64,000 nt of DNA from an uncultured Bacteroidales bacterium (GTDB lineage Bacteria > Bacteroidota > Bacteroidia > Bacteroidales > VadinHA17), in assembly GCA_963736675.1 (NCBI GenBank), contig CAVTPT010000001.1, positions 101,671-165,670 of the forward strand, read 5' to 3'. Below are positions 31,080 through 40,383 of the stretch, piece by piece (the stretch's first letter is position 1; every line of letters starts with the position of its first letter). The translations under genes were made by a program, and so were the position numbers. Under the pieces are notes generated by a model. It made no database searches. It was not told the DNA's origin and worked only from the letters and a program-made list of their open reading frames with translations.

Positions 31080-31733
31080 ATGAGAGATATTATCATTATC
31101 GGGGCTAGTGGTCACGGTGCCGAAATAGATGAATATATAAGGTATTCAAATAAAGTTAATGGGAAAACGGATCTGAAAGTGACCGGTTTTCTTGATGATA
31201 ACCCTGATAACTATCCAAGATATAAACTATCGGCTCCTTTGATCGGGCCGGTTGCGGATCATGATGTCATAAAAGATGTTTTTTATATTATCGGGATAGC
31301 TAATCTTAAATACAGAAAATCCATTGTTGAAAAGTTAAGATTGGCAGGAGCACGTTTTGTGTCTTTTGTTCACCCCACTGCCTATATTTCGGAATCTGCT
31401 GAACTGGGTGAGGGGAGCATTGTCGGCCCCAATGCAAATCTGGGACCCAATGTCAGGGTCGGGAATTTTACTCTGATAAATTCAAGATGCAGCCTAGGTC
31501 ACGATACCATTGTGGGGAATTTTAATTTTATCAGTCCCAATGTATGCTTTTCGGGGTTCACTGAAGTGGGCGGTGAAAATCTCTTTGGCATAAACAGCTC
31601 CACTATCCCGGGGATAAAGGTTGGCAGCCGTAACAGGATTGCAGCCGGAATGGTTCTCGATCAGAATATCGGAGACGATTCCGTGGTGTTTTACAGGTTT
31701 AAGGAGAGGGTTATTGCAGTACCGAGGGGGTGA
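31080..31733 (+). CDS. Hexapeptide-repeat amino-sugar N-acyltransferase (PglD/NeuD-like)
   Basis: IIIIGASGHG, GFLDD, FVHPTAYIS, LbH repeats. Confidence 0.85.
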   Translation: MRDIIIIGASGHGAEIDEYIRYSNKVNGKTDLKVTGFLDDNPDNYPRYKLSAPLIGPVADHDVIKDVFYIIGIANLKYRKSIVEKLRLAGARFVSFVHPTAYISESAELGEGSIVGPNANLGPNVRVGNFTLINSRCSLGHDTIVGNFNFISPNVCFSGFTEVGGENLFGINSSTIPGIKVGSRNRIAAGMVLDQNIGDDSVVFYRFKERVIAVPRG

Positions 31734-31750
31734 ACTTATCAGACTAAGGA

Positions 31751-32968
31751 ATGAACTCAATAAATAAACGTATATACCTGAGCAGCCCGCATATGTCAGG
31801 ACGGGAGATGCACTACATCAGGGAAGCTTTCGATCAGAACTGGGTAGCTCCGCTGGGTCCCAATGTAGACAATTTTGAAAAGGATATTCAGGCATATCTG
31901 GGTGTTAACCATGCAGCCGCCCTGAGTTCCGGTACCGCAGCCATTCACCTTGCCCTTATTCTGCTCGGTGTTGGTCCGGGCGATTATGTGATAGTCCAGA
32001 GTTTTACATTTTCTGCTACCGTAAACCCCATAATCTATTGCGGGGCCACACCGGTATTTGTCGACAGCGAACCCGGAACATGGAATATGGATCCGGATCT
32101 GCTTGAAGCAGCAATCAATAAATGTATCAATGGCGATTTAGTTCCTTCCGCCCTCCGCCCTCAGCCATCTTCCCTCTTCCCTCCGCCCTCCGCCCTCCGC
32201 CCTCTGCCTTCCCTCAGGCCTAAGGCCATCATCCCCGTTCACCTGTACGGAATGCCGGCAAATATGGACAGGATATTGGACATTGCAGATAGATATGATA
32301 TTCCTGTTATAGAGGATGCAGCTGAAGCTCTTGGAAGCAGATACAGAAATAACCCGGCCGGCAGCCTGGGAGAGATGGGAATTCTCTCGTTTAACGGGAA
32401 CAAGATCATAACCACCTCCGGCGGCGGGGCCCTTGTATCAGATAGTGAAGAGTACATAAAGAAAGCACGTTTTTTTGCCACCCAGGCAAGGGATAAGGCC
32501 CCTCATTATCAGCATAGCCAGATCGGATATAATTACAGGATAAGTAACATTTCAGCCGGCATTGGCAGGGGACAGATTGAGATACTTGAAGAGAGGGTGG
32601 AACAACGTCGGAAAAATTTTGAATTTTACAAAGGCAACCTTTCCGGTATAAAAGGTGTCATCTTTCATGAAGAACCGGGACCTGAATATTTTTCAAACCG
32701 CTGGCTTACGGCGATAACAATAGATGCGGAGCTGACCGGTATAAGCAGGGAGGATGTAAGGCGGGCTCTTGAATCGCAGAATATCGAAAGCAGGCCGCTT
32801 TGGAAACCAATGCATCTTCAGCCTGTGTTCAGGGATTATCCGGCCCTTGTAAATGGGGTGTCGGAAGAATTATTTAATAAGGGATTGTGTCTGCCTTCGG
32901 GGAGCAATCTGACTGATGACGACAGGGAGAAAATACTGGATTGCCTGTTCAGGATCTTCGGGAAATGA
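31751..32968 (+). CDS. DegT/DnrJ/EryC1/StrS aminotransferase (PglE-like) with in-frame low-complexity insert
   Basis: IYLSSPHM, NWVAPLG, SSGTAAIHLAL, IEDAAEALG, SFNGNKIITTSGGG, GYNYR, RPLWKPMH. Confidence 0.92.
   Translation: MNSINKRIYLSSPHMSGREMHYIREAFDQNWVAPLGPNVDNFEKDIQAYLGVNHAAALSSGTAAIHLALILLGVGPGDYVIVQSFTFSATVNPIIYCGATPVFVDSEPGTWNMDPDLLEAAINKCINGDLVPSALRPQPSSLFPPPSALRPLPSLRPKAIIPVHLYGMPANMDRILDIADRYDIPVIEDAAEALGSRYRNNPAGSLGEMGILSFNGNKIITTSGGGALVSDSEEYIKKARFFATQARDKAPHYQHSQIGYNYRISNISAGIGRGQIEILEERVEQRRKNFEFYKGNLSGIKGVIFHEEPGPEYFSNRWLTAITIDAELTGISREDVRRALESQNIESRPLWKPMHLQPVFRDYPALVNGVSEELFNKGLCLPSGSNLTDDDREKILDCLFRIFGK
32144..32213 (+). repeat. Heptamer tandem repeat (ccctccg-type, 10 units) inside the aminotransferase
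   Basis: ccttccg ccctccg ccctcag ccatctt ccctctt ccctccg ccctccg ccctccg ccctctg ccttccc; translated PSALRPQPSSLFPPPSALRPLPS. Confidence 0.9.
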
Positions 32969-33050
32969 ACTTCAATAAGGTTGCCGGGTTCCGGTGACCT
33001 TATCAGGTAATGATCCATTTTTATTAACTTTGTTCCAGATTATATTATAA

Positions 33051-34952
33051 ATGCTGAATAATTTCAGGAGCACGATAATACAGATCTTCAGAAAACACTC
33101 ACTTCCAAGGTGGCTTGTTTTCGTGATAGATATATTTACTGTATTTATCTCATTTTTAATGGCATATGTTCTGCGATTCAATTTTGTGCTTGACGATTTC
33201 CGAAAAGAACTGGCTATCCCCCAGGCACTTGTTGTGCTGGGAGTTTATGCCCTCTTTATGGTGATCTTCAAATCGTATGCAGGACTTATCCGGCAGACGA
33301 CGATCAAGGATGCCTTTAAGATCTTTATTACCAATACAGTTGCTCTTGTGGTTGTTATTTTACTTAAAAAAATCAGCTGGTATTATGGATGGGATCCGGT
33401 GTACAACGTCCCTCTTTCAATATTGCTTATACATTATGGTGTTCTTACGGTGATCCTCATCTTTTTCAGGATATTCATCAAGATGTTCTATGAGTTTGCT
33501 TCCGGCTCGGTTCAGTACCGGAAAAATGCCCTGATCTATGGTTCCGGTGAGATGGGTATAATCGTAAAAAGGGTTATCTCAGGCGATCCGAAGAGCGGGT
33601 ACCGGTTGAAAGGATTTATTGATGACAACAGGAGACTGCAGGGTAAAAAAGTTGATGGTTATCCTGTTCTGTCAAGGGATATACTGCAAAACGGGTATAT
33701 CGACAAGGAGGGGATCAGCGTATTCATATTCGCTATTAACAACCTAGATCCGGAAAAGAAAAAAGAGGTTCTCGGATCGGTTATCAATCTCGGTCTGGAG
33801 GTTCTTGAGACACCTGCTTTTGATACCTGGCTCAACGGGAAACTTCAGGTAAGGCAGCTTAAAAAAGTAAATATTGAAGATCTGCTGGGCAGGAAACCCA
33901 TTAAATTAAACCTCGATAAAATTGAAGAGGGCCTTCACGACAAAACCATACTGGTGACAGGTGCGGCCGGATCGATCGGTTCGGAGATTGTGCGTCAGCT
34001 CACGAGGTTTAATGTGAAGAAGCTCATACTTGTCGATCAGGCGGAGACCCCGACATATTTGCTTGAGAATGAACTTATAAAGAAACATTCCGGATGTCCG
34101 TGTAAAATATTGATTGGTGATGTAACACGGCAGGAGAAGATGGAGTTCATTTTCAGTAAGTACAGACCGCAGGTAGTGTTTCATGCTGCTGCCTACAAGC
34201 ATGTCCCGGTTATGGAGGCACAACCCCATGAGGCATTCAGGGTTAATGTCGGGGGGACCAGCATTATGACGGAGCTGGCAATTAAATATGAAGTTGAGAA
34301 ATTTGTTTTTGTGTCGTCCGACAAGGCGGTAAATCCCACAAATGTTATGGGGGCCACAAAGAAAATATGCGAAATGGTGGTCCAGGCCCAGGCTCACCGT
34401 GCAAATGTTAAAACCCAGTTTGTCACAACCCGGTTCGGGAACGTACTCGGGTCAAATGGTTCAGTGATCCCTCTGTTCAAAAAGCAGATTGAAGAGGGAG
34501 GACCTGTCACAGTCACCGATCCTGCAATAACGCGTTATTTTATGACGATACCCGAAGCCTGTCAGCTGGTGCTTGAAGCAGGTTTCATGGGAAAAGGAGG
34601 CGAGATATATGTATTTGATATGGGAAACCCGGTCAGAATACTTGATGTTGCAAATCAGCTGATCAGATTGTCAGGTCTTGAGCCGGGGACCGACATAAAG
34701 ATAGAATTCACGGGACTTCGGCCGGGAGAGAAGCTCTATGAGGAGCTTTTTTCAGCCAATGAGCCAAAGCTCCCGACATATCACCCTAAGATAAGCATTG
34801 CACAGGTTGAACCGGTTGATTATGCAACTATTCTTTTAAAAGTGGAGGAGATGCTTTCGGGGGTATATAACATGACCGGCCGTGAGATAATTGAAGCCAT
34901 GCAGGAGATGATCCCGGAGTATGTAAGCAGGTATGAGCTGAACGGAGGGTAA
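33051..34952 (+). CDS. UDP-HexNAc 4,6-dehydratase (PglF/CapD family)
   Basis: Four N-terminal TM helices, VTGAAGSIGSEI, FHAAAYKHVP, SSDKAVNPTNVMGATK, RFGNVLGSNGSVIP. Confidence 0.93.
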   Translation: MLNNFRSTIIQIFRKHSLPRWLVFVIDIFTVFISFLMAYVLRFNFVLDDFRKELAIPQALVVLGVYALFMVIFKSYAGLIRQTTIKDAFKIFITNTVALVVVILLKKISWYYGWDPVYNVPLSILLIHYGVLTVILIFFRIFIKMFYEFASGSVQYRKNALIYGSGEMGIIVKRVISGDPKSGYRLKGFIDDNRRLQGKKVDGYPVLSRDILQNGYIDKEGISVFIFAINNLDPEKKKEVLGSVINLGLEVLETPAFDTWLNGKLQVRQLKKVNIEDLLGRKPIKLNLDKIEEGLHDKTILVTGAAGSIGSEIVRQLTRFNVKKLILVDQAETPTYLLENELIKKHSGCPCKILIGDVTRQEKMEFIFSKYRPQVVFHAAAYKHVPVMEAQPHEAFRVNVGGTSIMTELAIKYEVEKFVFVSSDKAVNPTNVMGATKKICEMVVQAQAHRANVKTQFVTTRFGNVLGSNGSVIPLFKKQIEEGGPVTVTDPAITRYFMTIPEACQLVLEAGFMGKGGEIYVFDMGNPVRILDVANQLIRLSGLEPGTDIKIEFTGLRPGEKLYEELFSANEPKLPTYHPKISIAQVEPVDYATILLKVEEMLSGVYNMTGREIIEAMQEMIPEYVSRYELNGG

Positions 34953-34969
34953 AAGAGCCATTACACTTC

Positions 34970-36583
34970 TTATAAAAAATCGTAGTAAAGATTCCTTAAA
35001 CTCGTTCTGAATCCGAAGCTGACAATACTATAGGAATTTTTTATCTTATAGTTCTCCTCCCTGCGCAGGGTAGCAGCCACGAAGAGATTCATATTTGTCA
35101 CTGGATTTACCAGGTAACTTAACGAAACATCAAACTGATCGAGGGTTGTATATAACCCCTGTCCAGTTTTGTTGCCGTACTCATAAGGGCGCTCGGAATA
35201 TAACCTGAAAATATTTTTGCCGAAATGAATTCTTGAACTGTCGAGGCCCGACCCTGACCAGACATATTTCAAATCAAAACAGAGCCGTTTATAGTTGTAT
35301 CTGGCAATTATAACGGCTTCTTTTGTGTTTGCCCCATTGGGATGGGCAAGAGGTTCCCTGGCGTGTGAATAATTCTGAACAGTTGTAACATGAGTATACA
35401 TGTATGGCCTGACAAGGTTGAATTCAGCCTGCAGGAACAGGTTTTCAATACCGAACGGGTCAAAGGACTTTATCCCGGCCTGCCAGGCAAATTTATTGCC
35501 TGCCCAGCCGTCGCCGGATGTGAGTTCCCTTATCCTCATTTCGTCAAAGACAAACTGACCATAAAGTGTCAGCGATCCGGTGACGGTATACCGGAGATTA
35601 AGTCCCATTGTAATATTATCGCCCGAACCAAGGTTAAATTCCACCGGTCTGTAAAATATCACCGGATTGAGGTAGTTCATGTCGAATCCGCGGTGAAATG
35701 CCGAATCGGACATCTGCCATATTATTGATTCGAAGAGCGAGATATTAAATCTCTTCCCGGGGGCAAAGCTCAGATAATGCATTGTACTGAACTTTTTTTT
35801 ATAAACCGGATCACCGGCAGTTTCCCACTCTTCGTCAGGATGCGAGAACTGGGAGAACAGGTTAACATATTTGATCTTCCAGAAATTAGTTGTAACCATG
35901 AAGTACGGGTGGTAAAGACTGAAATCAGATAAAATGACGGACCGGTATCCGTCTCCCCAGAACTGTTTCCCGTGTCCGAGCTGGAAGTTGAAAAAAGTGG
36001 AGGGCGACCATGAGATGTATCCCGATGCATTAGCATAATCGAGAGCATCCTTACCGAAAGTTTTTATCCTGCCCTGTCCGGGCATTGTGTTTCTAGGTAG
36101 TGCATAATTATAAATCCACAGGGGTACTTTTGCCTGTGTCTCGTAAAAGCTTGTCGAAAATGCGAAATTGTCTCCAAGGTAACCCTGCAAAATTAAGCCA
36201 CGTGTATTGGTCCACTGTGACCTTTTATTCGCGAAATCGTATCCTGAAGCAAAATCAAAAAGCGGATCGATGGTGAAGCCATAGTTTTTCTTCTTCATTA
36301 CCAGCAGGTTCCTGTTGAAGATTATATTCAGGGCTTTCCTGTCGGTGAACCTGGCTATCGTATATGAATTGAGTACCGAATCATAATCAAATGCCTTTTT
36401 CATTTCGTTCACCATATATGGCCTGATGGAAGAATGAAATCCGGAATCAGTAGAATAGATATGTTTCGAAAAGGAGACAAGGGTGTTATTTTCATAAATG
36501 GAGATCAATGGTTGCGAAAAGACAGGCTGAAGGCAGAAGGCTGAAGGCAGAAGGTAAAATATGTACAGGAGGATTTTCTTCAT
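34970..36583 (-). CDS. Outer-membrane beta-barrel protein, Wzi/RemB-like
   Basis: Signal peptide, alternating beta-strand pattern, GHGKQFWGDGYRSVILSD, C-terminal FRTSLRNLYYDFL. Confidence 0.6.
   Translation of the reverse strand: MKKILLYIFYLLPSAFCLQPVFSQPLISIYENNTLVSFSKHIYSTDSGFHSSIRPYMVNEMKKAFDYDSVLNSYTIARFTDRKALNIIFNRNLLVMKKKNYGFTIDPLFDFASGYDFANKRSQWTNTRGLILQGYLGDNFAFSTSFYETQAKVPLWIYNYALPRNTMPGQGRIKTFGKDALDYANASGYISWSPSTFFNFQLGHGKQFWGDGYRSVILSDFSLYHPYFMVTTNFWKIKYVNLFSQFSHPDEEWETAGDPVYKKKFSTMHYLSFAPGKRFNISLFESIIWQMSDSAFHRGFDMNYLNPVIFYRPVEFNLGSGDNITMGLNLRYTVTGSLTLYGQFVFDEMRIRELTSGDGWAGNKFAWQAGIKSFDPFGIENLFLQAEFNLVRPYMYTHVTTVQNYSHAREPLAHPNGANTKEAVIIARYNYKRLCFDLKYVWSGSGLDSSRIHFGKNIFRLYSERPYEYGNKTGQGLYTTLDQFDVSLSYLVNPVTNMNLFVAATLRREENYKIKNSYSIVSFGFRTSLRNLYYDFL
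36524..36558 (-). repeat. Heptamer repeat (aggctga/aggcaga) encoding part of a signal peptide
   Basis: aggctga aggcaga aggctga aggcaga aggtaaa; - strand reads FYLLPSAFCLQP. Confidence 0.75.
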
Positions 36584-36596
36584 GCCGGATTTTTTT

Positions 36597-36604
36597 CAAA
36601 TATA
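36597..36604 (-). promoter_or_regulatory. Bacteroidetes sigma-A -7 box (TAnnTTTG)
   Basis: - strand tatatttg, 13 bp upstream of the ATG at 36583; no clear -33 box. Confidence 0.45.
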
Positions 36605-36681
36605 TCATTTTTAGTTGTTAAAAGTATCCTGCTTTCCTGCTTCTTAATCCTTCTGTCTTTTTCTTTCTTGTCTCACGCCTT

Positions 36682-36752
36682 CCCGAGTTCTCGGGATTGA
36701 GTCGCTTCGCTCCCAGCACTCCCTTCGCCCACCGAAGCTTCAGCGAAGGTGG
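36682..36752 (-). repeat. Dispersed palindromic (REP/MITE-like) element, copy 2, inverted relative to 739-813
   Basis: - strand ccaccttcgctgaagcttcggtgggcgaagggagtgctgggagcgaagcgactcaatcccgagaactcggg; flanked by tcacgcc-type heptamers. Confidence 0.8.
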
Positions 36753-36963
36753 GTCACTCCTCACGCCTTCTTCCGCCTCACGCCTCACGCCTTTTTTTCC
36801 CCGTTAATAACTTTCCTCTCATATTGATAACTTCCGTTGCCTCCTGCAACCATTTCCCATATCTTTTAGTCCTGTTCCTGATAGCAATGCTGATTTGTGT
36901 TTTTTAACCCGAAAACCCGAAATGTCTGAGCCTCATATTTCCCGATCCAAAAATCTTTTCATC

Positions 36964-39900
36964 ATGAAAGCAAGAAGAGTATTATCAGTGTTCCTGGTCT
37001 CTATATTGTTTATTGCCAGTTCATTTGCCCAGCCCGACTGGTATCCGGCATCAGGTCCCACAACAGGAACAACAGGCCCGACTACAATTCCTGTAAATTA
37101 TGGGATTAACATTCCGGGAACTGTATATATTGTGGTTTATAATATATATTCTACGACAAATTTTTCTTCTTCGTATATCAGGTATTTAACATCACAACCA
37201 TTGTCAGGAGCAATAGTAGCAACAAGAGCCCTTACTGTACCAGCAGGTAGTACCGGGATTAACCTGCAGGAAGTAATTGATGTAGTAAATGCCAGCAGGC
37301 AACATACAATCTGGATTGTTGCGGCAGATGCAAGCGGCACACTTCAGGCAGCTCCCGTGAGACTCTATGCAACAACAACAGCCTGTCCTTCGATCAAGCT
37401 TTTTACTTATTTCGGCAGCCTCGGAGAATGTGTAAATACCGGGGCAACAGGCATGTACCAGGTTGGCCCCCTGGCGGGCCCGACGGGTCCTCTGCCCACA
37501 GGTGTTCTGAAGGGCACAACATTTACAGTAAACTGGGGCGACGGATCAAGCTGGTCATATACCGCTACGGCTGACGGTGACCTGCCGCCGGCACAGATTC
37601 ATACCTTTACTTCGATCGACAGCTGCGCATACCAGGGTTCGTGGGTTGTAAAAAGCCCGTGCGGCGAGTTTCTGGCCAACACGGGGATATTTGTTGTGCA
37701 TGGCCGCGATATTGAATCGGACGGCGACGGTGACATTATTATGGAGGAGATCGTTACACATACCAGGAACCGTATTTATGTATGTGAGGGGATGGAGCAC
37801 AAGATCACCCTTGCGGATATCAGTGAATGGAACTGCCAGTCACCGCCTGTACCTTTCCCCCTGAATCCGGCAGATTATGATAATGACAAGCCGCGCACAA
37901 TTCAGTTTGTCTATGGAGAGACTCCCCAGGGAGCTGTAGCCAACTCAATTACCGGCGACGTTTATATCGGCGGAACCAATGTTGCCACCGGTGCAAATGG
38001 TTATGTAGGCTCGGTTCTGGGCCCTTTCAATCCGGCAAATCCGAACACACAGTCAGAAGAAATTATAATACCTGCCACATGCGAGGACGGAGACCGGTTC
38101 TATGTCTACCTGAAAAACTGGAACAAGTGTAATCCGTTTGTCAATGAGAATTCGGATTATGTGTATGACGATTTTATTATTGAGGTGATCGATGCCCCGC
38201 CGGCTCCATCGCCAACTGTCCCTCCCGACTATTGCGAGGGGAGTGTTCCGACAAGATTAACGGTGACCCGAAGTAGCCCCCAGGGCATTATTAACTGGTA
38301 TGCCGATGAGGAGCTGACTGACTGGCTTTATACGGGGACTTCCTACAGACATTATAAGACTGCTCCCGGATCATACGATTTCTGGGTAAATGAAACAAGC
38401 GGCAACAATGGTTGCACAGGTCCTGCTGCAAGGATCACTCTGATCATCCGTCCTGAAATTGAAAACAATACGGTTGGTACGGCACAGTCAATATGTTATA
38501 ATACTGCACCGGCAGGTCTGACAGGAAGCATTGCTACGGGTGGTATCGGTTCATATGCCTATTTGTGGCAGAGCAGTACAACATCCGCAACAGGTGGATT
38601 TTCGACCGCTTTGGGAAATCCCGTATTACAGAATTATAATGTACCCGGTACTCTTATCCAGACTACCTGGTACAGAAGAATGGTGACATCGGGGCCCTGC
38701 ACTGATATAAGTCCTGCAATACGTATTGAAGTATATCCTGACTTCCTGGCCGGGACCATACAATCAGCTCAGACTATATGCTATAATACAGCTCCAGCAA
38801 CACTTACTACCGGTACAGCCCCATCAGGAGGTACCGGCAGTTATACATATGAATGGCAGGATTCCCCGGATGGATCATCCTGGAGTTCAATCACTGGTGC
38901 CACATCATCCTCATTTTCACCTCCTGCACTTACAGCCAACAGGTATTACAGAAGGATTGTCACAAGCGGTTCCTGCGGATCAAAACATACTCCGGCGATA
39001 CTTATAACTGTAATGCCGGCGGTAACTCCCGGATCAATAGGCTCAGCCCAGGCAATCTGTTACAATACCGCACCTGCACAGCTTACGCAGACATCAGCGC
39101 CCTCAGGAGGATCAGGAACATATTCATACCTCTGGCAGCGGTCGACCGACAATTCAACCTGGTCCGATATTTCTTCTGCAACCGGTTCAGCGTATACTCC
39201 CCCTGTACTTATTACGGATACTTATTTCCGGCGCAGGGTAATAAGTGCGGGCTGTACTGCCGTCTATTCAAATTCCGTGCTTATAACCATAAATCCTTTA
39301 CCAGCACCTGTCATCTCGGGGGATATAAGTCCCTGTTTCGGTAATACCAGGTTATACACCACAGCCTCAGTCACCGGTCATACATATAGCTGGAGTGTCT
39401 CCAACGGGACAATCATTGGTTCTTCAACAAGTAATACTGTAAATGTGGCATGGAATGTTGCTCCCGGTACCGGGTGGTTAAGGTTAACAGAGAGGATCAC
39501 ATCCACAGGATGTCAGGCAACGACTGATTACTATTACATCACTGTCAATCCTGAGGCTCCCGGAGCAGCAGGACCTGTATCAGGTCCGGTAAATGTCTGT
39601 TATGCTCAGACTAATGTAAGTTACTCGATAGCGGCAGTCACTAATGCAACAACTTATGTATGGACGCTTCCTGCCGGGGTAACGCTTGTATCAGGAGCCG
39701 GGACAAGAAGCATCGTAGTTGACTTTGGAACAACAACAGTATCGCCGGCGACTATTTCGGTATATGCAAGGAATGGTTGCGGTCAGGGAGCCCCTTCCAG
39801 CATTAGCGTAAATATTTACGGGCAACTTAGCGGTGGTACGATAGGCAGCACGCAGACCATATGCTACGGATCAAATGTCCCCGGATTTACCAGCACAACT

Positions 39901-40383
39901 CCGGCCAGCGGAGGAGCCGGCAGCTTCACCTATACATGGCAGTACACTACAAGCCTTACAGCCACACCGGGGGGACCAGGATGGTCAAATGTACCGGGTG
40001 GCAGCGGACTTACATTAGATTACGGAACCTTAACAACAACAACACGTTTCGTGAGGAGAGCTGTTGAGGGTACCTGTTCAACTCCGGTCTACAGTAATGT
40101 CATAACTGTAACAGTCCTGCCCCAATTGGCAGGAGGGAGCATCAGTGCCGGACAGACCATCTGTAATGGTACGGATGTTGCCGCCTTTACAAGTGGCGGA
40201 GCAGCTGACAGGCGGCTCAGACTCTTTTACTTATACATGGTTATATACAACCAGTACAACAGCGCCTTTGGGAGATGCAGCATGGATCGAAATTCCTTCC
40301 ACCAACAGCACTGCCTACAATCATGGAACCCTTACTGCAACGACACGGTTTGTACGCAGGGCAGTGGATGCAACCTGCACTAA
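36964..40383 (+). CDS. Giant T9SS adhesin, N-terminal part (frameshift at ~40207)
   Basis: Signal peptide MKARRVLSVFLVSILFIASSFA, PKD-like VNWGDG, Ig-like and ~100-aa Cys/Thr-rich repeats continuing into the next ORF. Confidence 0.8.
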   Translation: MKARRVLSVFLVSILFIASSFAQPDWYPASGPTTGTTGPTTIPVNYGINIPGTVYIVVYNIYSTTNFSSSYIRYLTSQPLSGAIVATRALTVPAGSTGINLQEVIDVVNASRQHTIWIVAADASGTLQAAPVRLYATTTACPSIKLFTYFGSLGECVNTGATGMYQVGPLAGPTGPLPTGVLKGTTFTVNWGDGSSWSYTATADGDLPPAQIHTFTSIDSCAYQGSWVVKSPCGEFLANTGIFVVHGRDIESDGDGDIIMEEIVTHTRNRIYVCEGMEHKITLADISEWNCQSPPVPFPLNPADYDNDKPRTIQFVYGETPQGAVANSITGDVYIGGTNVATGANGYVGSVLGPFNPANPNTQSEEIIIPATCEDGDRFYVYLKNWNKCNPFVNENSDYVYDDFIIEVIDAPPAPSPTVPPDYCEGSVPTRLTVTRSSPQGIINWYADEELTDWLYTGTSYRHYKTAPGSYDFWVNETSGNNGCTGPAARITLIIRPEIENNTVGTAQSICYNTAPAGLTGSIATGGIGSYAYLWQSSTTSATGGFSTALGNPVLQNYNVPGTLIQTTWYRRMVTSGPCTDISPAIRIEVYPDFLAGTIQSAQTICYNTAPATLTTGTAPSGGTGSYTYEWQDSPDGSSWSSITGATSSSFSPPALTANRYYRRIVTSGSCGSKHTPAILITVMPAVTPGSIGSAQAICYNTAPAQLTQTSAPSGGSGTYSYLWQRSTDNSTWSDISSATGSAYTPPVLITDTYFRRRVISAGCTAVYSNSVLITINPLPAPVISGDISPCFGNTRLYTTASVTGHTYSWSVSNGTIIGSSTSNTVNVAWNVAPGTGWLRLTERITSTGCQATTDYYYITVNPEAPGAAGPVSGPVNVCYAQTNVSYSIAAVTNATTYVWTLPAGVTLVSGAGTRSIVVDFGTTTVSPATISVYARNGCGQGAPSSISVNIYGQLSGGTIGSTQTICYGSNVPGFTSTTPASGGAGSFTYTWQYTTSLTATPGGPGWSNVPGGSGLTLDYGTLTTTTRFVRRAVEGTCSTPVYSNVITVTVLPQLAGGSISAGQTICNGTDVAAFTSGGAADRRLRLFYLYMVIYNQYNSAFGRCSMDRNSFHQQHCLQSWNPYCNDTVCTQGSGCNLH

